From assembly GCF_000143415.4 (NCBI RefSeq), contig NW_003314308.1, positions 1,282,654-1,346,653 of the forward strand: a stretch of DNA of 64,000 nt, in the 5' to 3' direction. Of this stretch, positions 1 through 12,342 are shown piece after piece (position 1 is the first letter of the stretch; every line of letters starts with the position of its first letter). Source of the stretch: Selaginella moellendorffii (Eukaryota; Plantae; Lycopodiophyta). Position numbers and translations under genes: made by a program. The notes beneath the pieces are model-generated. The model ran no database searches and was not told where the DNA came from. It worked only from the letters and a program-made list of their open reading frames with translations.

Positions 1-20
1 CCGCTCAAGCTGAAATCCAT
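1..20 (-). CDS. Possible start (MDFSLS...) of a gene running out of the window, preceded by a long leader
   Basis: Minus-strand gccATGG at 20 in strong context, downstream of a GA/CT-repeat, promoter-like region (730-770). Only 6 codons are visible, so the product is unknown. Confidence 0.3.
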
Positions 21-2689
21 GGCATCAATCGATCGAGATCGATGGATCCAGGGGTGGGATAGCTACTGCGATTCTCTCCTCGCTCTAAGGAAGGAGGAAC
101 TATATAGTTTTGACGGAAGAACTTAGTAGAAGGAGACGTGAAGAAGAAAGAGATCACACACTCTCGAATGGATCTCGTGTGTTCTTCCGGGAGTTTCTCT
201 AAGTTAAATGCTTGGGTGATACGAAAAAGGAGGAGGCAGCTTTAAAGATGCTGTGGAAGAGCAGGCAAAAACACACACAAGACTGGCAGGGCACACAAAG
301 CAAAAGTGATAGTTGGGCTCAAGCAATCAAGCCTGGAAGATCGATTTGGGGGTGTTTGGATTGGATCTCTACAGGCAGCTGGATGCGCTGCTGCTGCTGC
401 TGCTCGGAGGATCCGCGGCGCTGCTGCTCTTGTGCCATGGTGGAGGAAGTATCGCTGCTGCGGCGGCAATGCTTGCTGTTCAAGAGAGCTGTGGGCAAAT
501 TGAGAGCTTGGATGCTACCGCGGCTGCCAGTGCTGCCACTCCAATGGATCATCATCAATTCCTCATCCTGTTCCAGAGCTTGCCCCATCAATCACTCGAC
601 GCGATCGATGGATTGATCAATCGTCTTTGTGGGAAAGAAAGAAAGCGAGCTTTCCAATCCAATCCAATCCAATCCAAAATCGCTCACTCTACTGTAGCTA
701 AGTAGAGGGAAAACGGATTAACATCCCACATCTCTCTTTCTCTCTCTCTCGCTCTCTCTCTCCCTCGAGAGGTTTAGGTTGCAAACTTGATGCCTGGATT
801 CAAGGAGCAAAACTATATGCCCCGCGAATATTCCACGCGTCCAACGTAAACCCTAAAACCCGGCAGGGAATCGAGCGCGTGACGCGTCACCGGTCTTACA
901 TTAAAAAACAAAGAAATATCTCACCTGGCCTTCCTTTACACCCTTGGCAGGGCACGGTAAAAACAAAAAAGGAAAATTACCTTGTCATTGACCGGGGGCG
1001 GGCGTGGTGAAACCTTGCCAGATAAGTTAGCTAGAGAGATAGCAGTACCAATACCAGCCCACCTAACCACAATAACCCACCACCCACAGCCGTGGCCAAA
1101 TAGCAGATGCCGCCAAACGCTGGTATCAGGCGCATATTCACTGGATAATACGAGGCCCTCCACCATACGAAGTACAATACAGCAAGGGCATGGGACTTCT
1201 GGCAGGGCAGTCAGAGCCTGCGAGGCTTTAAATGCGAGCCACCTACTCTCATGCCATCATTCCCTCAACCATTGATTAAACTCTTCCAATCTTCGCTTCC
1301 ATTCCAACGGTTTAAAACTTAACTAAGTTACCCAAGAACCCTAAAAAGTTCTTAAGCGGGTCATGCATTTCTTGAGCCCCCTATGCCTCCACGAACGACA
1401 ATTGTCACATGTGTGCATTAGGGGGGTTATGTCATTCATGACAAACGAGTTACGCAGCGAGGGGACGAGAGAGAGAGAGAGAGAGGCGAAGAGATCGGAT
1501 CTTCCAAAGGAAAGCATTGCGGGGGAATTTTGTAATGCCCGGGGCATTTGTTTATGGTTTGGGCAGCAGTCAATCCGAGAGAAAACAAATGGAGCGTTTT
1601 CATTGAACTCTCAGCCCCAGGAAAGACGAAGACGCGAAGACGACCTAAACTTTGCCGCCATTGGGCATATTTTACAAATCATATGGAGTGGAGGGTTGGC
1701 CCCTTGGCTTGCGGAAAAGAGAAAAATGCCTTCGTCGGGGATAATCATGCGCATTTCCTCGGGGTTTGGGCTAATGAGTGGACACACATGGAAGTTGCTA
1801 TCGGCTGCTTTTGTGGATGATCGATAAAAATTGCTAGCATTGGATTGCATGGTTCGAAAACAATGATATAATCTCAATCTGGGGTAACGAAAAAATTAAA
1901 TCGCGGAGGTCCATTGGGCATTTGGTCACATGCAGGTTGACGTTGAATAAACCCAATCTTTTGAAATGGGCGAATATCTCCGAGATACGCTTCCTTTGTC
2001 ACCATCAGCGGAAATGGCAAGAAACAAAAGCGTGACACGAGTGGTCGGAGAGAATCGAACCCACGCCAGGTGCCACATCCACAGCTCACACGCCACGTGT
2101 CTTTCCATTTTACGGTCGACCAAATGCCGGCAAGCGGCAGCCGCTGTCGGGTAGCGGACAGAATATGCCACTCGCGCGGGAGTGGAGGAATGTTGTTTGC
2201 CTCCTAAAACTTTGCCTTTGTGTCAATTCTCTCTCGCATCAAAGCTAACCGAATTTAGATCAAAGCTAAGCTTTGCAAGAGTGTGATTTAATCTGGCAAG
2301 TGGACACATGGTGGCGCATGTGCCCCTTAACAAAAGGTGAAACGATGCCTCCTTTTTCTTCCTTTTGGGGGCGGCGCGGATCGATTCCCTTCCCCGGGTC
2401 AGGTCGTGTTTGTACGGTTAGAATGGCCACCACGTCAAGCCGTACGTACGGGGCGCAACAGGAAATTGGAAAGAATAATCAACGCGCCACCCCCCATCGT
2501 GCTAAAAGGTGGCCATGCTCTTTGATTTACATATATCTGAGATCGAGGTGTGGTTGTTTCATTGGTGGCTTCGGAAGGCACGATTTCAAAGGGTCATACG
2601 TGTATACAAAGCCGCGAGGGAAATCTATCTAGAGTGTGGACCACGCAAGAGATCTCCTGGGTTGACCAGTGTTTTTTGGATTTTGGCGG

Positions 2690-4610
2690 GAACATTTAGG
2701 TTTAGGTCTAGGTGCTTGGCTATGGCGGTTCTTTGGCGATCTCGTTTCTCAGGTGTGTGATCCTTCTCGGCGATCTATTCGAGAAGAAGCGCTTCTACGT
2801 GGTGCCTTGCTTGTGAATGGATGTTTGCATTTCCAGCATTTGTTTTGTAGAGCTGCTTGCTTCATCCGGTGGATGAGAAGTCCCCATCAGCTTGATCGAT
2901 TGGAGGGTAAGGAAATTTTGTGGAGCAAGTAGGAAAAGTTTCCGGATGGTTTGTTTTCCAGTCAGCGTCAATTGAATGCCGGATCATTCTGGATTTTGAG
3001 TTTAAACTTAAAACTTAGCTCAGGAAGTTGTTCCAGGATCCGGCAGCGAAGATGTAGCAGTTGTATTGGATAATTTGATCTATTGGAGGGTGAGAAAGTG
3101 TTTGAGCAAATAGGAAAAGTTTTTGGATGTTTTGTTTTATCAACTCAATGCTGGATCATCCTGGATTTTAAGCTTTCCAACTGGAGAAGTTAAGACTTTG
3201 GATGATATGTCTGAGTTCCAGGGAGCGAAGATAGTAGTATTGCGCAGTTCAATCTTAAGTTTGTGCGTCGAGGTACGTCCCTTCGCAGGAACTTGGTGAA
3301 TAAAACAGTGTTTCTTTCAGCTTCGTCAATGCGGAGCACTGCGCGGCACATATTTTTTCCCTTTGCCTGGATGAACACTACAGGCAAGGTACTCTTGAGA
3401 TGCTCACAGCATCCTGACGATTGGTTCCTTTCATCTTTTTTGTCGCTGAATCAGGCGATAGGGACATTTGAAAACGCAACGCAAGCACCGTAACGTAACT
3501 ATGCTCTTTGCGAACAAAGTTTGTTCGTGCTTCCAAGGCCTGCGCAATGGCATCTTCCGCTGCCAAGGCTAGAAAAGCTTTTCCCGGTGCCAGCGGAATT
3601 GAACGAGTCTGAATATGCTAGAGGTACGTTACTTTTTTACATCTCTTCACAATAGACTCGGTCAGTTCTTCATTTTTTTTTCTTTCGTTTCTCTTTTGAA
3701 ACATCTTCTCCGCTCGGAGGTACCACCTGTTGGCAATGATGGTGTTGATATGAACCCCGAATGCGTGAATGCTAAAGTTCTAGTGATGTGTCTATCTTAG
3801 CTGGCTGCAGGGCTGAATTCATGAGCGTTCGGTATCTGTGACACCCCCAAGTACGCAGTATGTATCCGCTGATAGTTAACTACCTGATAAAACTGTTTTG
3901 TGTTTTGTGCAGAGAGCTCGCGAAGGTTTGTCAACGAGAGAAATATCCCTGTGGCCTGAATATTTTTTGAATTTCTCTGGGGGAGCTAGCTTGTTTGGTC
4001 GGCTGTGCAGCTCGTCGTAAGCATTGCGATTGTAGAACACTGGAGGCTTGTATCGATGCCTTTAACTTGTGACGGTACCGTTCTTTCGATATTGTTTAAG
4101 TTGATATCCTTACGGGTCTTTGAATTTGTTCTTGGCGAGAGCTCAAACGATGTTTTCGTTTCGACAACCACGCAAGTACAGTATCTACAGCGGGTGTCCG
4201 AAAACAACGGAGCTAGCAAAGTGGGATACCAAATGAGCAACAAAGACAGATGAGTCTACTTGCAGTGTCTTCCTAAATTCTTTCCTTCCCAGGTGAGGCT
4301 AGGCAGCAACAAGGCGTGAAGGGGAAATGTAAGGCAGCTGAGTTTGTATTTAACTCTTTGGCGGGACTGCGGACTGGAGGGATTTACAAGCAGGACTATA
4401 GCGTGCATTGTACAGCAACATGTGGAGGATGACGAGACGACTGAGAGCGTTGATACAACTTTAGGAGACGGAGGATTTGGAACTTTGGCGTTGTAGAAGG
4501 TACGAACCATTTCTCTTTAATTTTTTTCTATCTCTCTTTTGTAAAACTTTTTTCTTTCTTTCTTCTTTCTTTTGTTTGTAGGCTGTTCGCGAATGATGCT
4601 GTCAAGTGCA
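2690..4610 (+). ncRNA. Putative multi-exon non-coding transcript or heavily decayed gene
   Basis: Regular series of canonical-looking donors (gtgtgt, gtaagg, gtgaga, gtacgt, gtactc, gtaacg, gtatgt, gtttgt, gtacga) and pyrimidine-rich YAG acceptors delimiting 15-110 nt exons. The first join tried hits a stop (MAVLWRSRFSELLASSGG*) and I found no long spliced ORF. Confidence 0.35.
2900..3245 (+). repeat. Diverged tandem duplication (~185 bp unit)
   Basis: Unit ttggagggt...gagcaa(g/a)taggaaaagttt...ggatcat(t/c)ctggatttt...gttccagg...agcgaagat occurs twice, at about 2900-3082 and 3083-3245. Confidence 0.75.
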
Positions 4611-4940
4611 TGGTGCGCCCAAGTTTACATGAATTGAGCAAGAGGGAGTGATACGGAAGGTGACATCGAGCTCGACGGGTGTCGTGCCATTCAAGGGGGA
4701 AAGCGAGCACAAGCAAGTTGCAAGAATGTCGCTCACATCGTGACAGCAGTCGCCAGGCTGAGCTCCTGGCAAGAGGCAAGCGAGAGCCGATAGCAAATTG
4801 CAATTGCGTCCTGGTGGTGGTAGTGCCGCTGGAGGCGGAAGAAACTGAGCTCGACAAAAAGCCATCAGAGTGACTGTCAGCAAAGCAAGCACGCAACTCC
4901 TCTTGCCACCAAACAAACGATATTCCGTTGAATCCATCAT
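4602..4940 (-). CDS. Secreted 8-cysteine-motif protein (nsLTP / prolamin superfamily) with short Pro-rich linker
   Basis: Hydrophobic signal segment (VLALLTVTLMAFCRA), then PPPAALPPP, then C-X7-C-X9-CC-X9-CLC-X22-C-X9-C. Confidence 0.85.
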   Translation of the reverse strand: MMDSTEYRLFGGKRSCVLALLTVTLMAFCRAQFLPPPAALPPPGRNCNLLSALACLLPGAQPGDCCHDVSDILATCLCSLSPLNGTTPVELDVTFRITPSCSIHVNLGAPCT

Positions 4941-7370
4941 CTTTCGCTCGTAAGTTGCTTTACGAAACTCTTTCCTTGGCTCTAAGAATGTCCGTGAACT
5001 CCTTTTGTTGCAGGGAAACGATAAGATGGTTGTAATTCAGCACGAGCAGGCTCTCCAGCAGAGAGAAAGAAGAAAAAGAAAATGGAAATGCTGTTTCTTA
5101 AGGAAGGGTGTGAAGAAACTTGCACCAAAGCATTGATGAGAACGCCTGGAGAGATTCTCTTTCCGGCCAAGCCAAGCGCCTCTGTGCTGTTTGCGACGTC
5201 GCCTATTTGTTTTTGCCTTTCCCTCTGCCCCCAGGTTCGTAGAGATCTCTTCGATTTGTTTTGATTTCCTCCTGACCCTGGAAAATTATAGTGTGATGGT
5301 TGAGAGAGACCAGACCAGCTTTAAAACTATTTGGAAACAGCCAGCCAGGACCCAGGACGGACTTCTCGCTCAGGAGGTGAAAGAGAGGAGCGATTCAAGC
5401 TCCATTTAAAAGGCCTCCTTTTGTGTAAGTGCGTGTTTTTCCTTTGTTTTTTTATTTCTAACATGCGAGGCCCACCTTGCTTGTATTCAATGCATGCAGT
5501 TGCGTGGAGAAAGCTAGAAATTTTTTACATTTTTTTCCGGGGGGTTTAGGCGTTGTTTATGGATAGTTTATGCAAAGATGGGCGTCAAGTTAAACAAGTC
5601 GCTCACTCCATGTGGTGTGTTTGAGAGGAAAATCACTTTGGCCACCTTTACCTTAGCTGGGGCTCTCACATTCACCACCACCTTTGACTTTGCCCGAGAA
5701 ATAATCTAGACAAAGGAATTCCAGTTCGATTCCAAACAGTAGCAAAACACCAACAAGGCGGTGCTTGTCTATGATTGCAATGCCTCCAAAATAATCATCA
5801 ACAATCAGTCCTTTTCTATCGACACAAGGAGGAAAGAATTGTCTTCCAAGTCTCCTTAGATTACATTTAATCCAACATTGTTTTTCACTTCTAACCACTT
5901 GAGGGCAATTGCGCTTATAGTAAGTCAAGCTAAAAAGAATGGTAGTAAAATACAAAACCAAAATGAATGCCAGGCTGGGGTAAACCACGTGTGAAAAGTA
6001 AATAGGGCCTAGACCGTAATCAATGGCATGTAGAGGTTGAGCCTAGCCCTGAGGAATACGAGAATACGTAAAAAAGTGAATAAACACAAAAAATACGGGA
6101 GAGTGGAAGAAGTAAATGTGAAAAAAAAAGAAAGAGTTACGTTAATTTGGATGAATAGACCAGCCTAGCTATCACCACAGTAAAACTGCTTGGACTAAGT
6201 CATGCCACAGGTGTACGGCCACGGGCCGTGGGAGAGGCCGGCGGTCAGGGATAACGGAGGAACATTCGCGGCCGTTGGATGCCGCGGGTGGACGGCGGAG
6301 ATCCGGGTCCCGCGTGACGGAATGTTCTGTCACGTGACAGGAGCGGCGCCGCCGCGGCGCCGCCAGGATGGGCGCGGTGTCAGCGGGATGTGACACCGCC
6401 GTCACTGCTCTGCCGAGGAGACGAGATTTTGGTAATCGAGGGGGAGAAAAAGAAAGAAACCATCGATTCGATCTGGAAAAGAAATGCTTTTGTTGATTCG
6501 TTAAGCCGGAAATCTCCTCCAAAACAATTGGGTTTTGGGATATGGCGGAGGAGATCAAAGGACAAAGAGGAGAGAGAGAGAGAGAGAGGGAGGGACTACT
6601 AGTCTTTGGCAAGAACGGGCAGTCTAGCAGCGCAGAGGTCGGCCAGAGCGCACAGCGCGAGCAGAGCGACGAGACAGTGAGTGGCACACAGATTTTTGGA
6701 GCACAGAGTGAGAGAGAAAGAGAGAGAGAGAGAGTGAGTGAGAAAGCTTGAGAGGAAGAAGAAGAGATTTTCTCCTTCTGGATCATCCATCACGAAAAAG
6801 AGTGTGATGGTGGTGGTGGTGGCGATTCCTTGATTTCGCTCCAGTGGGCATTCATGGCATAGCTAGCTCGTCGCCATCCAGCATTGGCGGAGATTGGATT
6901 TTTGGATCGGGGCTGGCGGGGCGGAGAGAGCGCCGCGCGGTGGCGGTGGGATTGGAATTCTGTGCCCGTTCCGTTCTACGATCTCTTTCTTCCACCTCCG
7001 CCTTGAAACCAAGAGCTCTCTCTAGCCGAGAAAGGAATGTGGGTCTCTTGCTCTTCTTCTTCCTCTCACGTTTGCGCTTGAGAGCTTTGGCTGCACGATA
7101 GGATGGCAGCGGCGGCAGCGGCAGCACTGGAGAGCGCCAGTCCAGCGCCAGTTGATAGATGGATAGATGATAGATCATGAGCTAGGATAGATTCACGCAA
7201 CATCCGCACGCCATCGCCGAGAGTTCTTCCTTTCTTGCTCCTTTCCTGGAATGTGGGATCTGGGAAGAGCGAGAAGAGCTCGTGTAGAGTAGATCGCAAG
7301 AACAGGACGGCGATATGGCGAGTAGTACCAGCAGCGATTGAAAGCTCTCGCGGTGGGCTTGCGATAAAAG

Positions 7371-7974
7371 ATGGGATCGATGCACCACTTTGTGTTATCT
7401 TTGCTCTTCTTGGCTGCTCTTCTTGGCAGCGCTTCCGGCCTCTCAGACGATGGTCAGTATCGATCGATCGATCTCCTTTCTTCTTCTGTCTTTCTTCGCT
7501 AGTCTATGAACTGAAGTTCTTTTTCTTTTCATGGGTTTTCTTCGCCATGGATCGATCTTGTCACTCACAGGGGTGGTGCTGCTCGAGATCAAGAAATCGC
7601 TCAACAATGCCGACAACGTTCTCTACGATTGGGAAGGAGCAATTGATCGCGACCCGTGTTTCTGGAGGGGTGTCAGCTGCGATAATGTCACGCTTGCAGT
7701 GATTGGCTTGTAAGTTCACGGGAGGATCATAACGCACGCATTATCATCATCATCGTCTTCGCAAGGCTCCATCTCCGCTCTCTCTTTTCTCCTCTCCTCT
7801 TTTCTCCTCTCTTTTCCATCTTGTCTCATGCTGGATCTTCCATCTTTAACTTACACAAGTTGCGATTTGTTTTTGCGGCCAGGAATCTGACTCAATTGGG
7901 ACTTTCCGGAGAGATCTCGCCAGCTTTTGGAAGGCTCAAAAGTCTCCAGTATTTGTAAGTGGTGTTGCGTTGCC

Positions 7975-8014
<40 letters not shown>

Positions 8015-11000
8015 GTGTGTTCTTCCTTTAATTTTTTTTCCCTCCGTATCGTTGTGGGGACCAAGAAGACAAAGTTTATAACTCCTGCGTGTTTTGTGTG
8101 TAGGGACTTGCGAGAGAACAGCTTGTCTGGACAGATTCCAGACGAGATTGGGCAGTGCGTCAACTTGAAAACCATGTAAGTTCCTTGCTTTTTTCGCGTC
8201 TCTCTTTCTTGTAGTACTTCAATGTTTGGAACTATTCCAGAGATCTTTCGTTCAATGCATTCCACGGAGATATTCCATTCTCGATCTCGCAACTCAAGCA
8301 GCTCGAAAATCTGTACGTTATACCCGCGCTTCGTTCGAAGAGCTAATGAATCTCTCGCTACTTCAAACTGTGCAGTATACTGAAGAACAATCAACTTACG
8401 GGGCCGATCCCTTCGACGCTGTCCCAGCTCCCGAACCTTAAGACTCTGTTCGTTTGAATACTCTCCCTCTCTCTCTCTTCTCGTTTGCTTTTCTGATCTT
8501 CAAATCTTTACCAGGGACTTGGCACAGAACAAGCTGACAGGAGAAATACCAACTTTGCTCTACTGGAGTGAAGTTTTGCAGTACTTGTGAGTTGCTTCGA
8601 GTGATCTTGCTTCGTATGAAACTAAGACACGAGCTTTTGGCAGAGGTTTGAGGGATAATCTCTTGACTGGGAACTTGTCCCCCGATATGTGCCGGCTTAC
8701 GGGGCTGTGGTATTTGTAAGTTTCCTGGAACACCTTTTCTATCTCACAAACTCGTTATATCACCGTTTCTTCTCCTTGATTGCTTACAGTGATATTCGGA
8801 GCAACAACATCACAGGTCCCATTCCAGAAAATATTGGAAACTGCACAAGCTACGAGATCCTGTGAGTATTTCTTTGTCGTGTGTTCACTTTCTTATTGAT
8901 TTCTTTCCGTACTAAATTGCCGCAGAGACCTCTCGTATAACCAGCTGACTGGCGAGATTCCTTTCAACATCGGCTTTCTGCAAGTGGCAACCTTGTAAGC
9001 TAGCCTACTTGATCTCTTAGAATATCCATGCCGTTGTTTTACTTTGTGAAAGGTCTCTGCAAGGAAACAAGCTTGTTGGCAAAATTCCAGACGTGATCGG
9101 TCTTATGCAGGCTCTGGCAGTTCTGTAAGTGATTTTATCTGCGATGTGTTTTTGTTCTCACTCGCTTTTGACAGGGATTTAAGTAACAACTTCCTTGAAG
9201 GATCGATTCCTTCGATACTTGGCAATCTTACTTTCACCGGCAAGCTGTAAGCCATGGCGTAGAATCTCGTTTCTATGAGAGATTGATTTCTTGTTGCTGT
9301 AGATATCTCCATGGAAACATGCTTACTGGAGTCATTCCTCCGGAGCTTGGAAATATGACGAAGCTCAGCTACTTGTGAGTATTTTTTAGTTGTTTTCTAA
9401 GTTTTTTTCTCCTGACAGAAGACTTAACTAGCCATTACTTCTTTCAGGCAACTCAACGATAACAATCTAACAGGACAGATTCCTCCCGAGCTGGGAAGCT
9501 TAAGCGAGTTGTTTGAGCTGTGAGCTTGCAGTGATGTAAAAAATATCGAAATCTAGCTAATTTGGTTTCTCGACATTGCAGGGATCTTTCCAACAACAAG
9601 TTCTCTGGACCATTTCCAAAAAATGTGAGCTACTGCTCGTCCTTAAACTACATGTAAGTTTCCTTGAATCTTTTCCGTCGTCACTATTGATACTTTTGCG
9701 CACAGTAACGTTCACGGAAACATGCTAAACGGCACCGTGCCTCCAGAGCTTCAGGATCTGGGAAGCTTGACTTATTTGTAAGTTTCCGTAACTCTTTTTT
9801 CTCGATCGATCGTTTCTCACGCGAAGCGTTTAGAAACTTGTCATCTAATTCGTTTTCGGGAAGGATTCCTGAAGAACTAGGACACATTGTCAACTTAGAT
9901 ACAATGTAAGACCAGAAGTTTTTCCGGTACAACTTGACAATCTCTTGATTTGTACCAGGGATCTCTCAGAAAACATTTTAACCGGGCACATTCCCAGATC
10001 AATAGGCAACCTTGAACATCTCCTCACGCTGTAAGTATGCTAGCTTCACGAACTGAGGTGAACTGACAATAATTTGTGTGTGTGTTTTTCTCAGTGTTCT
10101 AAAACACAACAAGCTCACTGGAGGAATTCCGTCTGAATTTGGTAGCTTGAAAAGCATCTATGCAATGTATTGTCTCTTGCAATTCACGACGCTCTTTGCC
10201 AGCTTTGATTCACGGGAACTTACTTGCAGGGATTTGTCGGAGAACAATCTGTCGGGGAGCATACCGCCAGAGTTAGGACAGCTACAAACACTGAATGCAC
10301 TGTAAGAGCTTTTCATCCTTTTGCTTCTTTATGGACTGTTCTTGTTTCAGACTTCTGGAAAAGAATTCCCTGTCAGGATCGATACCACCGCAGCTTGGAA
10401 ACTGTTTCAGCCTCAGCACCTTGTAAGCTTTTCTTTCGTTTCTTTGTGAGATACTCACACTATCTTGTCAGGAACTTGTCATACAACAATCTCTCAGGAG
10501 AGATACCAGCGAGTAGCATCTTCAATAGATTTTCATTCGAAAGGCATGTTGTGTTTGATAGTTTTAGCTTCCTTCTAACTTTCAGACTTGCAGCTATGTA
10601 GGAAATCTACAGCTCTGTGGTGGATCCACGAAACCAATGTGCAACGTCTACAGGAAGAGGTCATCTGGTATATAAAATCTCTGTTTTTTTTCCACCTCGC
10701 CTTCTACTCATCCATATTTTTTTTTCATCTTCGAGTAGAAACGATGGGAGCATCAGCGATTCTTGGCATTTCGATCGGCTCAATGTGTCTGCTACTGGTC
10801 TTCATCTTCCTGGGCATTCGCTGGAACCAGCCCAAAGGATTCGTCAAAGCCTCGAAGAACTCATCCCAGAGTAAGCAAAGCATCGCGAAGAAAAAAAAGC
10901 AAGAAAAAAAACTGACACGCTACTTGAAAACCAGGCCCTCCCAGCCTCGTCGTTCTACACATGGACATGTCTTGCCACACTTACGACGATATCATGCGCA

Positions 11001-12145
11001 TCACAGACAACCTCCACGAGAGATTTCTCGTCGGCCGCGGTGCCTCCAGCTCCGTCTACAAATGCACGCTCAAGAACGGCAAGAAAGTTGCGATCAAGCG
11101 GCTCTACAATCACTATCCACAGAACGTCCACGAGTTTGAGACGGAGCTCGCGACTCTAGGCCACATCAAGCACCGAAACTTGGTAAGCTTGTATGGATAC
11201 TCGCTATCCTCGGCCGGGAACCTCCTCTTCTACGACTTCATGGACAATGGAAGCCTCTGGGACATCCTCCACGGTATAGCTTCTCTTCTTCTTTGCAAAG
11301 CTCTAAATCTTGTGGAAACTTTCCAGGACCAGTGAGAAAGGTGACGCTCGACTGGGACGCGCGGTTGATCATCGCGCTGGGCGCTGCGCAGGGGCTGGAG
11401 TACCTCCACCACAACTGCAGCCCCCGGATCATCCACCGGGACGTGAAGTCCTCCAACATTCTCCTGGACGAGAGGTTCGAGGTCCATCTCTCCGACTTTG
11501 GCATCGCCAAGAGCATTTGCTCCGCGAGCACGCACACGTCCACGTACGTGATGGGGACGATCGGCTACATTGATCCGGAGTACGCCAGGACGTCGCGGCT
11601 CAACGAGAAATCCGACGTCTACAGCTTCGGGATCGTGCTCCTGGAGCTCATCACGCGGCAAAAGGCCGTGGACGACGAGAAGAACTTACACCAATGGGTA
11701 AAGCTTCATGGACGATGGATCTCCTCTCACAAAACTTGGGTGATCGATCTCGCAGGTGTTGTCTCACGTCAACAACAAGAGCGTGATGGAGATCGTGGAT
11801 CAAGAGGTGAAAGATACGTGCACGGACCCAAACGCGATCCAGAAGCTCATCCGCTTGGCGCTGCTGTGCGCACAGAAGTTCCCGGCGCAAAGACCCACCA
11901 TGCACGACGTTGTCAATGTGATCTTGACGCTGCTTCCTCCTCCCACCGTCAAGAAATCCTCGGCCGGAGCTGCCAATGCCGCTGCCAATGCCGCTGTGGA
12001 TTCCTCTGCGAATGCCGGTGGAGCAAACCGGAGGTATGTGGACGACTACGTGGATAGCAAGCACAGGGACAATCTCTCGGCCAGCAGCACCACCTCGGGC
12101 GGCCACCTCTTTGTCAAGTTTGGCGAAGTTATCTCCCAAGGGTGA
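7371..12145 (+). CDS. ERECTA: ERECTA-family LRR receptor-like kinase, 27 exons
   Basis: Signal peptide MGSMHHFVLSLLFLAALLGSASGLSDD. LRRNT with NVLYDW...PCFWRGVSCDNVT. Twenty ~72-nt single-LRR exons, then YVGNLQLCG cap, TM helix, PPSLVVLHMDMSCHTYDDIMRITDNL, kinase (VAIKRLY, HRDVKSSN, DFG, GTIGYIDPEY) and the family C-terminus LFVKFGEVISQ. Confidence 0.97.
7977..8010. repeat. (GA)17 microsatellite in ERECTA intron 3
   Basis: Read directly from the sequence. Confidence 0.95.
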
Positions 12146-12342
12146 AAAATTTTCCCACTTCTTGTATCATATAACTAAAATACCTACTCTGTTTTTAGGG
12201 TTCATCTTTTAGGGTTCTTCACAAGAAACTCTCCCTCTTTCTTTCAATTAGATTTTAGTTCAACATTTGCAGTGATCTAGAGATCACAAAATCAAAGAGC
12301 CAAAAACTGGGGATGGAGGAAACAATAGACTGATTGCATCGC

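Noticed and set aside
3735-3890. Box C/D snoRNA candidates (ATGATG...CTGA)
   Set aside because: No exact RTGATGA box C with a terminal stem, and no rRNA-antisense element recognised.
6172-7101. 204-aa and neighbouring ORFs upstream of ERECTA
   Set aside because: Products of GA/CT repeats and GC-rich promoter sequence with no domain signal.
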